A DNA stretch of 64,000 nt from Candidatus Krumholzibacteriota bacterium (lineage in GTDB: Bacteria; Krumholzibacteriota; Krumholzibacteriia; JAJRXK01). Under the pieces are notes generated by a model. It did not search any database. It was not told the DNA's origin and saw only the letters and a list, made by a program, of their open reading frames with translations. Made by a program: the position numbers and the translations under genes. The DNA lies in the NCBI GenBank assembly GCA_963806035.1, contig CAWDWO010000007.1, positions 32,001 to 96,000 of the forward strand, written 5' to 3'. Below, in pieces: positions 38,083 to 51,141 of the stretch. Within the stretch, counting starts at the first letter, position 1, and each line of letters begins with the position of its first letter.

Positions 38083-38098
38083 AGCAATGACCGTGCCC
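38083..38098 (-). promoter_or_regulatory. Sigma54 (-24/-12) promoter candidate for the giant-protein operon
   Basis: Minus strand GGGCACGGTCATTGCT: GG-N10-GC, near consensus, about 35 nt upstream of the ATG. Confidence 0.7.
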
Positions 38099-38206
38099 GG
38101 AGCGCGGGAATCCAAAACAGTATTTCAGGAAGGTTTCACGGGGGTCTCGGGCAAGAGAATCGCACGATCCCCGGCCGGCGGCGTACAGGAACCGGCCACA
38201 GCGCCC

Positions 38207-38704
38207 TCAGGATGCGTCCTGGTTGCCCAGCTCGTCCAGTTTGCGCATCCCCTCGAGCATCAGATAGTCGAGGCTGACGTCGAGCAGAATGTCCTCGTTT
38301 TCCGGGTAAATCTGCGAGTAGAAGGCGAAGTTGCCCTCCTCGATCGTCACCAGCTGAAAGACGATTTCCTCGATCTGACTGCGCACCGCTTCCTTGAGTT
38401 GCTGGTCGGTGATCGAGCCCACCTCGACCAGGATCGTGCCTATCCTCTTCCCGCCGGCCAGACCCGCCTTCATCTTCGCGCCCTCGAGTTGGGAGCGCTC
38501 CAGGAGCCCGCTGCGCACCAGGTAATCTCCCAGGCGCTCGGTCCGGGCGTCGGTGCGCGCGTAGATCAGTCGCCCCTGGTGAAAATAGACCCGAGCCCGT
38601 TGCTCACAGCCGTGAAGCACCAGTTTACCCGTGGCCTGCGCCAGGTGCAGGAGCTGAAAGATGTTCGCCACTCCGAAGAGTTCGATTCGGCCCCGCAAAT
38701 CCAA
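38207..38704 (-). CDS. DUF4388 (PATAN-like) domain protein
   Basis: 'LRGRIELFGVANIFQLL...TGKL...YFHQG', 'RLGDYLV', 'GNFAF', 'LMLEGMRKLDE'. TTG start after GGGGAG. Confidence 0.85.
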   Translation of the reverse strand: MDLRGRIELFGVANIFQLLHLAQATGKLVLHGCEQRARVYFHQGRLIYARTDARTERLGDYLVRSGLLERSQLEGAKMKAGLAGGKRIGTILVEVGSITDQQLKEAVRSQIEEIVFQLVTIEEGNFAFYSQIYPENEDILLDVSLDYLMLEGMRKLDELGNQDAS

Positions 38705-38785
38705 GTTTCTCTCCCCCGTGAACACGGCTCAAATCCGCCCAGGACGGCGGACTTTGGACCACCCCGCTTCAGCAACGCCCCTGTT

Positions 38786-41428
<2,643 letters not shown>

Positions 41429-41516
41429 TGCTCATCCTCCCGGATTGATCCTCAATTGCGGGCAAAGCCGAGAGGAAGGCTCCTGCTCTCGGCGCCCATC
41501 GCTAAAAGTGCCAGCG

Positions 41517-41545
41517 ATGATAGGTTGCTGGTCGCGGAGTGTCAA
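41517..41545 (-). promoter_or_regulatory. Sigma70 promoter for ppdK
   Basis: TTGACA (41545-41540), 17 bp, TATCAT (41522-41517). Confidence 0.7.
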
Positions 41546-41596
41546 AGTCCTCGACAGAGGCGAAAACGAAGGAGTGGAGGCCCCGGGCGCTGAGGA

Positions 41597-44017
41597 TCAG
41601 CGGATGATCGTCAGCTTTCCTACCCGCTCCCCTCCCTTTGCGTTGGTGATTCTCCAGATATACACGCCACTGACGACCTCTCGGCCCTTGGAATTCTTGG
41701 TGTCCCAGACGATGGTCCCACGCTGTTCACCGCTCACGACCTCGTTGCTCAACTCCGTCACGAGGTCCCCGGCCAAGGTGAAGATTTCCGCCTTGGAGTT
41801 CAGCGACACGTTGACGAAGTGGATCGAGGAGCCACCCGTTTCGTCCCAACCCGCGTTCCGTCGGAGTGGATTGGGGACGACCCAGATCTTCGAGAGATCG
41901 GGAGAGACCTTCTTGCTGACGGTGAATACCGTGTTGTTGTAGTTGCCCGGGAGAATGTGGTTCTGTGCCTGCGGCGATGACTCGTATTCCGAACGGGGCG
42001 AGAACTCCATGTCCCGATCCAGACCGCGCGGGCTGACGTCGCCGGTGAATCCATAGTCGAAGGTGCTCACCGCGTAGTGGTAGGTGAAACCATCGTAAAT
42101 GTCTCGATCGAAGAAGCTCACACGGCCGCCCGGATCATCGAAATTGAAGCAGTTCGCGCGCTTGTCCGCGAAACAACCGGGGATGATCCGCGGATTCACC
42201 GCGTCGCAGGGAGTCGAGTAACAAAACTCTGGATTATTGAGGTCATAGAGACCGATCAGCTCCCAGAGGGGCTCCTTGCTGTTGGATACGAACTTCACCG
42301 AGCGCCACACTGCGTAGCCCTGGAAGGTCTGCGCCCGTATCGTGAAGGTGTCGCCCGGGCGCAACAATCCGTTGCTGTCCGCGGTATCGGCGATCATGAA
42401 CCTCACGGTGAGGCCGATGTCGGCATTGCGCAGATCTTGATCCGATGCGGTCACGTCGACGGTGTCGGTGAGGGGAATCGGCGCCCCCTCCTCGTAGATC
42501 CCTCCACCTCGGCTGGCCAAGAGCAGTTCCCCGGCCCGCGCCGGATTGTAGATCAAGTCTCCCACCTGTAAAGTAACCGGCGCCACGGTGAGTTCATCAT
42601 AAAGACGTGTCCAGAGCTGGCCGCCATCGACCGAGTGCAGGATGCCGCTCTCCGGAGTGGTCATGAAGAACTCACTGGCATTCGACGGGTTCTGGATGAT
42701 TTTTCGCAGGGAAGGAACGAGACCGTTGGTTCCCTGCGGCAAGAACGCGGTGGAATCCGACCAGCTCAGGCCGCCATCATTGCTGACGAACAGTCCTCTG
42801 GTGGACGAGGCTGCGAGGAGCCGCTGCGGATTGTTGCTGTCGAGAATCAGACTGCGAACGCTCACCTTGCGTCCCGAGGGATATTGGGCATTGGCACCGA
42901 TGACCATGCCTTGATCCCTGCGCTCCCAGCTGTCGCCGCCGTCGGTCGTCGCGTAGACGCCCCAGTTCTGCAGAGCTACGTAGATGAGATTGGGGTCATT
43001 TGGAGAACTCACCACGTCATAGACTTGGGGTAGCGCTACTTGGGCGGAATCGGGGCTCGTCGCCGTGGGGCGAGGCACGAGGAGGGACGAAATGAGAGTC
43101 CAGTTGTCGCCGTTGTCCGTGCTCTCGAAGAAGCCCAGCCCGTTGATGGAAAGGAAGAGGCGTCCGGTCTTCTTGTCGTACCTGATCAAGCTGATCTCTT
43201 GCTTACCGCTCGAAATGTTCCGGGCGATACGCACGAAGTTCGCCCCGGCGTCCGTGGACCGATAGAGGCCGTCCGTCGATCCCACGAAGATGCGATCGGG
43301 ATTGTCCGGATCCACCGCGATCGAGGAACCCGTAGCGCTCGGATTCTTCAGTTGATCGAGAATGGGATCGTTCGGCGAACTCAGAGTCACACTCCAGCTC
43401 GAGCCACCGTCATCACTGCGCAGCACGGGAATTCCCGGAATGACGACGTAGAGGCGGGTGCTGCCCTGACCATCGGACCAAGTGCCGATCGCCTCGACGT
43501 TAGTCCGGCTCAGTGACTTGGGAATCCCCTGATTCGCCTGGCTGGCGACTCCCGAGTTGAGATCGATCTGGAAGACGCCGCCGGAGTTGGAGAGATTCAA
43601 GGAGCCCTGGAGAAAGCCTTCGGTTACCGAGGTGCTCTTCCAGATCACCGAGAGCAAGTCCACGGTGGGGTCGCCCACCGTCCCTCGATTCACGACCGTG
43701 AAGACGATATCCCGGTCCGAGTCCAGTTTGTAGGTCCCTTCCACCGTGGGCTCGAATTCCGTCAGATTATCGGCGCCCGTCAGGGTATAACAGGCGGTGC
43801 TGTCAGCGGACTCCGGTTGCCAACTGATTCGATTGCCTTCGACCGGCGCAGCCTGGAAATCGATGGTGAGATCCAGTGGCGACCGCAACAGCAAGAAGTC
43901 CTGACAGTCACCCTGTGCGCTGGCTACGCTCGGAGCCATTAAAAGGCAGAGTGCGCCGATGAACGTCAGGGCCGAATGTCGGGCTCGGGGAAACGTGAGG
44001 TGCTTGCTTCTCTTCAC
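41597..44017 (-). CDS. Secreted BNR/Asp-box beta-propeller protein with T9SS-type C-terminal domain
   Basis: Signal peptide; repeated S.D.G..W boxes (RSDDGGSSW, STDNGDNW, TTDGGDSW, SNDGGLSW, SVDGGQLW); C-terminal 'VPNP...IFTLAGDLV...WD.KN...VSGVY'. Confidence 0.85.
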   Translation of the reverse strand: MKRSKHLTFPRARHSALTFIGALCLLMAPSVASAQGDCQDFLLLRSPLDLTIDFQAAPVEGNRISWQPESADSTACYTLTGADNLTEFEPTVEGTYKLDSDRDIVFTVVNRGTVGDPTVDLLSVIWKSTSVTEGFLQGSLNLSNSGGVFQIDLNSGVASQANQGIPKSLSRTNVEAIGTWSDGQGSTRLYVVIPGIPVLRSDDGGSSWSVTLSSPNDPILDQLKNPSATGSSIAVDPDNPDRIFVGSTDGLYRSTDAGANFVRIARNISSGKQEISLIRYDKKTGRLFLSINGLGFFESTDNGDNWTLISSLLVPRPTATSPDSAQVALPQVYDVVSSPNDPNLIYVALQNWGVYATTDGGDSWERRDQGMVIGANAQYPSGRKVSVRSLILDSNNPQRLLAASSTRGLFVSNDGGLSWSDSTAFLPQGTNGLVPSLRKIIQNPSNASEFFMTTPESGILHSVDGGQLWTRLYDELTVAPVTLQVGDLIYNPARAGELLLASRGGGIYEEGAPIPLTDTVDVTASDQDLRNADIGLTVRFMIADTADSNGLLRPGDTFTIRAQTFQGYAVWRSVKFVSNSKEPLWELIGLYDLNNPEFCYSTPCDAVNPRIIPGCFADKRANCFNFDDPGGRVSFFDRDIYDGFTYHYAVSTFDYGFTGDVSPRGLDRDMEFSPRSEYESSPQAQNHILPGNYNNTVFTVSKKVSPDLSKIWVVPNPLRRNAGWDETGGSSIHFVNVSLNSKAEIFTLAGDLVTELSNEVVSGEQRGTIVWDTKNSKGREVVSGVYIWRITNAKGGERVGKLTIIR

Positions 44018-44036
44018 CGATCCATCTTCCTCGGGT

Positions 44037-46376
44037 TTAATTCGTAACGTTGATGTTCCAGTTCTGCCCGATGATCCAGAGCAGAGCGGTTTCCACATTG
44101 TCCAGGTCGAAAGCCAGGGGATTGAATCCCCAGAGGAAGTCCTGCGAGCCCGGCAACTGCTTGTACGGCGAGTACACGTTGCTGACGATACCGACCGCCG
44201 CCCCGTCGATAGGGGAATCCTCTCGGCCGTAGGGCTGGCATGAAGTCTTGGCGTTTGGAATGATCGGATCCCCCGCCAGGGCCGTGCCGGCAGGCCAGAC
44301 CTCGTCCCTCGCCGCGCGATGTAGGTACATGGCCATCTGGCAGTCCCGCGGGATGAGAGTGACTTCCCTCTTGGGAGCGATGTTACGGTTGTAGAACTCT
44401 TCCCACTGGTAGCGATAGAAGGCCAGATCCTTGGGATAGTTGTTCGACTGGGGAAGCCTCGGTGAATCGGCCTTCGTCACGAGATCCTGCACGACACCTT
44501 GCGCGCTGGGATACTGCTCCAAGAAGTCCGGATCAACTTCAGCCCTGAACAGATAATCGCAACGCAGGGTGCTGGTGAGCTCAGCGCCACCGCCTTCACC
44601 GGTCCGGCCGTCGCTGACGGGCCGCACCCAGTCGCTCGCATCCAGGCACCAGCCGGTATAGGGCCAGCGCTCAGTCCCGGCCGGGGTACACGCCCCCTCG
44701 TTGGAGAAAGCGGAACAGCCCAGTCCGAGCGGTAACCTCTCCTCGGTATTGTAGACCACGGGGAATTCCACCGCGAGGTTCTCGATCATGCCCAGACTGG
44801 CATAGGGTCCCACGAAGAGAACGTTGCCGATCTTGGACTGATAGACCTCGAGCCAGTTGTATCTCGGTCCGGCCGTCGTGGGACGCAGTTTAGTGGCGAA
44901 GCCCGTGTTGGCACTTTTCCCCTGCACAAACCAGATCACCGACTTATAGCGGTTGATCAGACGGAAATCGACGTCCTGTCCCCTGACGTAGTCCACTGAG
45001 GGATCGAAGCTCGAAACCTTCCCTGCCAGCATGCTCTCCCATTGTGAACGCCAGGTGATGGCAGGCTCTTGATCCTGAGGAAGGTCGTAGTCAGTGACGA
45101 AGAGCAGATCCAGCTGCTGCGAGCGCGGAGTGATCTGAACCACTTCGAACTGAAAGGTCCCTCGCGTGATCGCGCCAGAATTGTCCCGGCACTGCACGAC
45201 GAAGTTCGGACTACCCTGCTGGAAGGTCCGGGTCGAAGCACGTAGATAGCTGGTCCCACTGCCCCAGGGTACCGCCCAACCGGGGTCATCCGGGTCGTTT
45301 ACGTCCTGGATCTCCCAGCCGAAACGGTAGGCATCGATGATGCCGGCGTAGTCGGAGGCGTCCGCGGTCCAGCTGAAGTTGAGCGGTTGTCCCGCTGCGA
45401 TCTCGTAGGTTTTCAGCAGATTGGGACCATTGAACGCCGAGTTCCCCAGGAACTTCTCGGTCACCGACAATGTCGGCGCCTTCCCCGGTGAAATTCGTAC
45501 ATGACGAACGTTGGTGTTCCATTCCAGGGTGGGAGTGACCGCCCCCGCCACGTCCTTGGCCTGTACCGCGAAGAAGAACGACTCCCCGACATCCTTGACG
45601 GGGAAGGTGACAACCCTCCCGCTGTCCTCGGGCGCGTCATACGCGATCCAATCGCTCCAGTGTCCATTGAAGATCTTGGCCGGATCGATGGTCTGGTAGA
45701 TGAACCGGGTCAGGCAGGTATCCGGACCCAACGCGGGTTCCATCACGTCGCGCGTGTTGACCAGCGCATAGCGAACCGCCGCCGGATCGCTGGCAACGTT
45801 ATCCGGGTCGTCGCCTTCCCAGCCGAAGGTCAATGCGCGCGCGGAGGACACACAGTCGATCGTACCCTTGGACTTGGGAAGGGTGATGGTGATGGTCGGC
45901 GAAAGGGTCGTGGCAGTGAAGGAAACCATCGCCGGCGTTTCGTCCGCCACGCCCAAGTTATCCACCGCACGCACGAAAAAGGTATGCGTTTGCCAGTAAC
46001 GGAAATCCTTGGGATCGGTGATCTGGGGGTTGTCGACATCGGTCTGGAACAATGCGATATCCGCGCTCACCGAGAAGGTGGAATCGGTCACGACGGTGGA
46101 GTGCCACGGCAGACCGAGAGTGTCCGCCTGGTCCACGATGCCGTCCTGGCCGTTGTCGCTGATGCGCCACTCGAAGTGGTCGACCCAGCCGTCATTGTCC
46201 AGCCCGGTCCAGTAGAACTGCACCGTGAAAGAGGTCTGTTCGAGAGCGGGCGGTGTTGCCGTCACTCGGGTGTCGGGCGGTTGGTTTGCCGTTACTTCGC
46301 CCGTGATACCGCTTTGGCAGGCGGTGATCCCCACCGCCAACGCGAGCGATAGAGCGATCCAGATCAGATTCTTCAT
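44037..46376 (-). CDS. Large lipoprotein with Ig/FN3-like repeats (paralog of 46463-48697)
   Basis: Lipobox ITAC; 'NQPPDT', 'YWTGLDNDG', 'HTFFVRAVDNLG..DETPA'. GGAGG SD. Confidence 0.8.
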   Translation of the reverse strand: MKNLIWIALSLALAVGITACQSGITGEVTANQPPDTRVTATPPALEQTSFTVQFYWTGLDNDGWVDHFEWRISDNGQDGIVDQADTLGLPWHSTVVTDSTFSVSADIALFQTDVDNPQITDPKDFRYWQTHTFFVRAVDNLGVADETPAMVSFTATTLSPTITITLPKSKGTIDCVSSARALTFGWEGDDPDNVASDPAAVRYALVNTRDVMEPALGPDTCLTRFIYQTIDPAKIFNGHWSDWIAYDAPEDSGRVVTFPVKDVGESFFFAVQAKDVAGAVTPTLEWNTNVRHVRISPGKAPTLSVTEKFLGNSAFNGPNLLKTYEIAAGQPLNFSWTADASDYAGIIDAYRFGWEIQDVNDPDDPGWAVPWGSGTSYLRASTRTFQQGSPNFVVQCRDNSGAITRGTFQFEVVQITPRSQQLDLLFVTDYDLPQDQEPAITWRSQWESMLAGKVSSFDPSVDYVRGQDVDFRLINRYKSVIWFVQGKSANTGFATKLRPTTAGPRYNWLEVYQSKIGNVLFVGPYASLGMIENLAVEFPVVYNTEERLPLGLGCSAFSNEGACTPAGTERWPYTGWCLDASDWVRPVSDGRTGEGGGAELTSTLRCDYLFRAEVDPDFLEQYPSAQGVVQDLVTKADSPRLPQSNNYPKDLAFYRYQWEEFYNRNIAPKREVTLIPRDCQMAMYLHRAARDEVWPAGTALAGDPIIPNAKTSCQPYGREDSPIDGAAVGIVSNVYSPYKQLPGSQDFLWGFNPLAFDLDNVETALLWIIGQNWNINVTN

Positions 46377-46462
46377 TGCACCCCTCCCGCACTGGGCAGG
46401 CAAGATCGTTTCTCGGGGGTCGGGATTCGTTTTCGCGAGATGGCGAGGCCTCCGCTCGACGC

Positions 46463-48697
46463 TCATTCGTCCGGCATATAGTTGTCCGGCGGCCAGAGCT
46501 GGGTGATCACGCCGGTGGCTCCCGGATCCAATCCGAGATATGCCGAATAGGTTCTCGAGACGATGCTCGTACGCCGTCCCTTGTCGGACATCGGCACCTT
46601 GGTCGTGTTGTCACCACAGCTCTCTCTCACGGTGAGAAAGCAATACGGAAAGACCTGACCGGCTTTGGCCGTTTTTCCCTGAACCCTCAGGTGAATTCTT
46701 CCGAGCTGCCTTGCCAGCACGACTCCCAACTCGTAATACGGTCCCTCGGTTCCGGTGTCCGGGTTGATCTTCGCGAAGAGATTCGGGAAACGCCAGAGGA
46801 GGTCGGGTACGAAGATCTCGACTCCCTTGCCAGGCACCCCGGCGCTCATTTCCCAGTAATTGCTCGTTCCCGGAGAGTCCCAGCGACCGAACACGTCGCG
46901 TCCCGCCCCCTCTTTCTCCTGATTCAAGGGGTCGTATTCGCTCGCGAGTTGATAGGTCCAGGACTCCACCGAACCCTCCGGCTCGCGCGCATCCGCCCGC
47001 CCCTCGAATCGCACCGTGTAGCGAATGATCTTCCCCTGCACCACGAACGCACTGTCATTCGGCTTGGTGGCGGAGAAGACGTACTTCGAGCCGTCCCAAT
47101 AACGCAAGGTACCCGAGGGCGTGTTGTCGGAATTGGCCGTGTAGTCCACGGTGTTCGAGGGCCAACGTTGCGACAGGAAAGTCGGATCCTTGATCACCAG
47201 ACTGTCGGTGTTCGCCGGCGAGACCGAGGTGAGAACCGGAATGAAACCCGCCACGAAGTTGAAAGTGGGGGGCGTCGGGTCCTTGCGCAGGAGCTCGTCC
47301 TCGGCGCGGAAGGACATGGAGTAGTCGAAGGGTCCCACGTGAAAGCCCAGCGTGTCCGCACGTTCGGCGGGACTGTAGGAGGACTTCCAGAAGTAATTCG
47401 CTCCGCGGTCGTTCGTCGCGCGGGCGTCCTCGATCCTGGTCTGGTAGCTGACCTCGCTATCGGGATTGGAGCTCAAGTTCGGGTAGTCGCAGCAAGGCAG
47501 GCCCGCGAGCAGGGGATCGTTCCGATTGCGCTCGAAGCGATCGACTCCTCGCTGTTTGAACTGCACGTACGCCTTGTCCGGTACCGTGTCCCCTTCGCTG
47601 AAATTGATCCAGTTGACGCCGTCGGTCGTGTACCGCGGCCACTGCGAATCCTTGATCAGCTCGGTCTCGGGCGGATAATTGACGTTGTACCTCAACTCTC
47701 CCGAGAGAGCCGTGCTCTGCACCAGAGCTTCATCCAGCGCCGCCACCTTCAACAGATGGAAGCCGGAGGCCCACATGCGCAGTTCGGGACAGTCGCCCCA
47801 ACCCGAATTGCAGCCCGCCGGGAGGTTGTTCGGATCGATTTCTTCGTCGTTCTGGTAGTCGAAGCAGGTGGTGTCCAACGACCAGCTCTCGACTTCACGG
47901 CCCAGATCGGGATCGTAAGTCGTCGGATAGAACAGGGCGTCCTGCAGGTCCGACGCTTTATAACGATATCCGGTGATGGCGCCGTTGGGCGATGAGGCTT
48001 CCCAGCAGATGCGGAAGTGATTGGCGAAACCGATGAAGGGTTCCTCAGTCGTCTCCGGCGAGATCAGGTTTGGATCGGGGGCCCAGGGCCATATCACGTT
48101 TCCTGCGAGCTTCGGACCGTCCGGGGTTCCCACCCAACGTTCCGTCTCCTGCCCGGATTCATCGATGGTAGTTACGCGGAAGCGAATGACCGGATTCCCC
48201 AGGCTGTTGTTGAAGAAGTGCAAGCGCGCGGGAGTGGGATCGATCGCTCCCCTGTCGTCCACCGCGACGATGTGGAAAGTGATGTCCTTGGAAGTGTTGG
48301 ATTCTCGGTCGATGGTGAAGACGAAGACCGAATCGGTCTTGGAGGTATAACCGACCACCCTCCCGTCGGTCTGCCTCAGGGTGAGCGCGTCGTCGGCGGG
48401 ATCGAAGCGCTGATCTTCCTCATCCACGTCCGGCCTCGTCAAGTCGCGCACCGTCGAATCGGTGATGGCGAAGATGAACTTCACCACCTCCCCGTCCACG
48501 TCGTTACCGTACCAATACATGTGGCGGTTGAAGACCGTACCGGTAGTCTCCGCCGGCGCTCCCGTCACGAAGGTGTCCGGTGGAATGTTGACGATGATCG
48601 GTTCGGGGTCGAAGGCCCGGCACCCGTAGAAGACCACGAGAAAAAGCAGCAGCAACAGCGCCGCGGAGGCAAATCTCGATTCGATTCGGCGTACCAT
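46463..48697 (-). CDS. Large lipoprotein with Ig/FN3-like repeats
   Basis: Lipobox-like FYGC; 'NIPPDT', 'YWYGNDVDG', 'FHIVAVDDRGAIDPTPA', 'NYPPET', 'KDPTP'. Confidence 0.8.
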   Translation of the reverse strand: MVRRIESRFASAALLLLLFLVVFYGCRAFDPEPIIVNIPPDTFVTGAPAETTGTVFNRHMYWYGNDVDGEVVKFIFAITDSTVRDLTRPDVDEEDQRFDPADDALTLRQTDGRVVGYTSKTDSVFVFTIDRESNTSKDITFHIVAVDDRGAIDPTPARLHFFNNSLGNPVIRFRVTTIDESGQETERWVGTPDGPKLAGNVIWPWAPDPNLISPETTEEPFIGFANHFRICWEASSPNGAITGYRYKASDLQDALFYPTTYDPDLGREVESWSLDTTCFDYQNDEEIDPNNLPAGCNSGWGDCPELRMWASGFHLLKVAALDEALVQSTALSGELRYNVNYPPETELIKDSQWPRYTTDGVNWINFSEGDTVPDKAYVQFKQRGVDRFERNRNDPLLAGLPCCDYPNLSSNPDSEVSYQTRIEDARATNDRGANYFWKSSYSPAERADTLGFHVGPFDYSMSFRAEDELLRKDPTPPTFNFVAGFIPVLTSVSPANTDSLVIKDPTFLSQRWPSNTVDYTANSDNTPSGTLRYWDGSKYVFSATKPNDSAFVVQGKIIRYTVRFEGRADAREPEGSVESWTYQLASEYDPLNQEKEGAGRDVFGRWDSPGTSNYWEMSAGVPGKGVEIFVPDLLWRFPNLFAKINPDTGTEGPYYELGVVLARQLGRIHLRVQGKTAKAGQVFPYCFLTVRESCGDNTTKVPMSDKGRRTSIVSRTYSAYLGLDPGATGVITQLWPPDNYMPDE

Positions 48698-48826
48698 AGA
48701 CTTCCCCGAGCCCCTTGGCTATGACCCCAGCAAAGGGAGCAATTCTAGACTCTTCGACTCACCAATCCGCCACCCGGTGGGGCCTGGGTGCGTACAATTC
48801 GCGGACTTCCGACTTAAGCCGCTGGA

Positions 48827-48856
48827 AATATAGGGCTTCGCCAGCGTCACTGTCAA
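48827..48856 (-). promoter_or_regulatory. Sigma70 promoter for the lipoprotein cassette
   Basis: TTGACA (48856-48851), 18 bp, TATATT (48832-48827). Confidence 0.6.
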
Positions 48857-48966
48857 CACCTCCATCCCGAGGGAGAAAGGCAATAAACACCTTTGTTGAC
48901 AGGGAGTTATGCCGCCGGAGGGATGATCTGCGCCGCCCCCCTCCCCATGGGGGGTACTGGCCCCAT

Positions 48967-51141
48967 TCAATTGGCCGGAAGCCGGCTGAGATCGGCGAAG
49001 CGCGCAAAAAGGTAGTGCAGGGACTCGAGCCAATCCAGGCGCCGCGCCCGCAGAGCGGGATCGGGCGCATTGACCAGGACTTCGACGAAGTAGCGATCGA
49101 TGGGCTGCCCGAGGGTCGCCAAGGACTCATAGGCCAGAGTGTAGTCGCTCGCAGCGAGCGCTTTCTCGAGCTGCGGCAGAATCTGCTGAGCCGCTTCGAC
49201 CAGCTTCTGCTCGGCCTCGTCCTCCTGCTCTTTGGCGCGGTAGCTCTTCAGCTCACCCTTCTCCCAGCGCGACCGTGACTCGCGCTGCAGCGCCTGCGCC
49301 CGCTCCTGGGGCTCGAGAGATTCCTCCGCAAGCCGGTCCGCCTTCACCAGGATGTTGCGGCACCGTCGCGCCCCTTCGATGAGCATCTGAAAGGTCTCGC
49401 TCCCCTGGAGTTTGGCCAGGTCCTCGCTGGCGCGGGCGTTCTCGACCGGATCCAGCGGGAAGACCGAGAGCACCGCCTGTACGATCTCGGCTGGAAGTTC
49501 CTGAAGGAGGGTTTCCAGCCGACCCCAGAAGAGGCCGGTGATCACCGAGGCAGCCTTCTGCACCGTCTCCCGTGGTTGCGAATAGTTCCGCAGGCTCTTG
49601 TCGATCCAGCCCGTGAGATCACACCGCAATTCGTTCTGGCTCAAAATGCGCAGGATCGCCAGGGCCTGACGCCGAAGCGCATAGGGATCCTGACTTCCGG
49701 TGGGAATGAAGCCGGCGAGCACACAACCTGCGAGGGTGTCGAGGCGATCGGCCAGGGCCACCACCTGGCCCAGCTCACCCTCGGGAAGCCTGTCGTCCGC
49801 AAAACGGGGATAGAGGTGTTCGGCGATCGCGTCCGCGACATCCTCGTCCTCCCCTGCGGCCAGGGCGTAATAGCGCCCCATGACCCCCTGCAGCTTGGTG
49901 AACTCCTTACCGTCCTTGATCATCTCGGTGGCCAGATCGCTCTTGGACAAGAGCCCGGCGCGATGGACCTTCTCCCGGGGCAGATTCGGCATGAGAGCTT
50001 CTGCGAGTTCACAGGCGAGTCCCGCCACGCGATGGCACTTGTCACCCACCGAACCAAAGCCCTCGATCCAGACGACGGAGCCCAATCGACGCAGTTTTTC
50101 TTCGCTGCTCTGCGCCTTGTCCTCGTTCCAGTAGAAGACCGCATCTTCCAGACGGGCGCGCAACACGCGTTCATTCCCTTCCTTCACGTTCTTTCGGCCT
50201 TCGTCCGCGCCGTCTCGAAAGGTGAGGAAGTGCGGGAGAAGCGCGCCCTCGCTCGACTCCACGCTGAAGTAGCGCTGATGGGCGCGCATGGCGGTGATGA
50301 TGACTTCCCGCGGCAGAACTTGGGTCATGGCCGGGTCGAAATCACCGCGCACCCCGCGGGGGTGCTCAGCCAGGTACACCAGCTCTTGCAGAAGTTCGCC
50401 GTCCTCGTGAACGCGACCTCCGATTTCTTCGGCCAGCTGTCCAGCCTCGCTTTCGATGAGCTTCCGCCGCCGAGATGGGCGGACGATGACCGAAGCTTCG
50501 GCCAGGCAGGCCTCGTAGGACTTGGCATCGGGCAACTCTACCCGCCCCCCATGCAGAGTGCGATGTCCGCGGGTCTCGCGGCCGGCCCGAAGCGGAGTCA
50601 GCTGCAAGGGCACGAGCTCCTCGCCCAAAAGACAGACCAGCCAACGAATGGGCCGCGCGTAACTCAGGTCGTTGCCGGGAATCCAGCGCATGGTCTTGGG
50701 GAAACCCAGATTCACGAGGCGGCGCAGGAGCCCTCCCTCTTGCAAGAGATCCAGGGTTCGTTCGCCGCCGAGTTCGAGTTCGATGCCCAAGCGCTCGCCC
50801 TTTTCCTGCGGGATGCGCCGCAGGTCCTCGACTTTCACTCCCACACTGCGCGCGAATCCTTCGGCTGCCTTGGTCGGCTTTCCTTGCGCATCGAAGGCCG
50901 CGTTCACCGCGGGGCCCAGCTTCAGACTCTTGGTGCGCGGTGTCGCCAGTGCAACTTCATGAACCAATACGGCGATCCTGCGCGGAGTTGCGAAGGATTC
51001 CACCTTGTCTGCGGGAAAATCGATCCCCTTTTCCTTCAGAAAGGCGCTCACCCTCTCGACCAGAACTTTGCGAGCGCGATCGAGATAGCCGGCCGGGATT
51101 TCCTCACTGCCGATTTCCAGCAGAAACTCGCTTCTATCCAC
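48967..51141 (-). CDS. glyS: Glycyl-tRNA synthetase beta subunit
   Basis: [38 protein letters not shown], [12 protein letters not shown]. Confidence 0.96.
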   Translation of the reverse strand: MDRSEFLLEIGSEEIPAGYLDRARKVLVERVSAFLKEKGIDFPADKVESFATPRRIAVLVHEVALATPRTKSLKLGPAVNAAFDAQGKPTKAAEGFARSVGVKVEDLRRIPQEKGERLGIELELGGERTLDLLQEGGLLRRLVNLGFPKTMRWIPGNDLSYARPIRWLVCLLGEELVPLQLTPLRAGRETRGHRTLHGGRVELPDAKSYEACLAEASVIVRPSRRRKLIESEAGQLAEEIGGRVHEDGELLQELVYLAEHPRGVRGDFDPAMTQVLPREVIITAMRAHQRYFSVESSEGALLPHFLTFRDGADEGRKNVKEGNERVLRARLEDAVFYWNEDKAQSSEEKLRRLGSVVWIEGFGSVGDKCHRVAGLACELAEALMPNLPREKVHRAGLLSKSDLATEMIKDGKEFTKLQGVMGRYYALAAGEDEDVADAIAEHLYPRFADDRLPEGELGQVVALADRLDTLAGCVLAGFIPTGSQDPYALRRQALAILRILSQNELRCDLTGWIDKSLRNYSQPRETVQKAASVITGLFWGRLETLLQELPAEIVQAVLSVFPLDPVENARASEDLAKLQGSETFQMLIEGARRCRNILVKADRLAEESLEPQERAQALQRESRSRWEKGELKSYRAKEQEDEAEQKLVEAAQQILPQLEKALAASDYTLAYESLATLGQPIDRYFVEVLVNAPDPALRARRLDWLESLHYLFARFADLSRLPAN

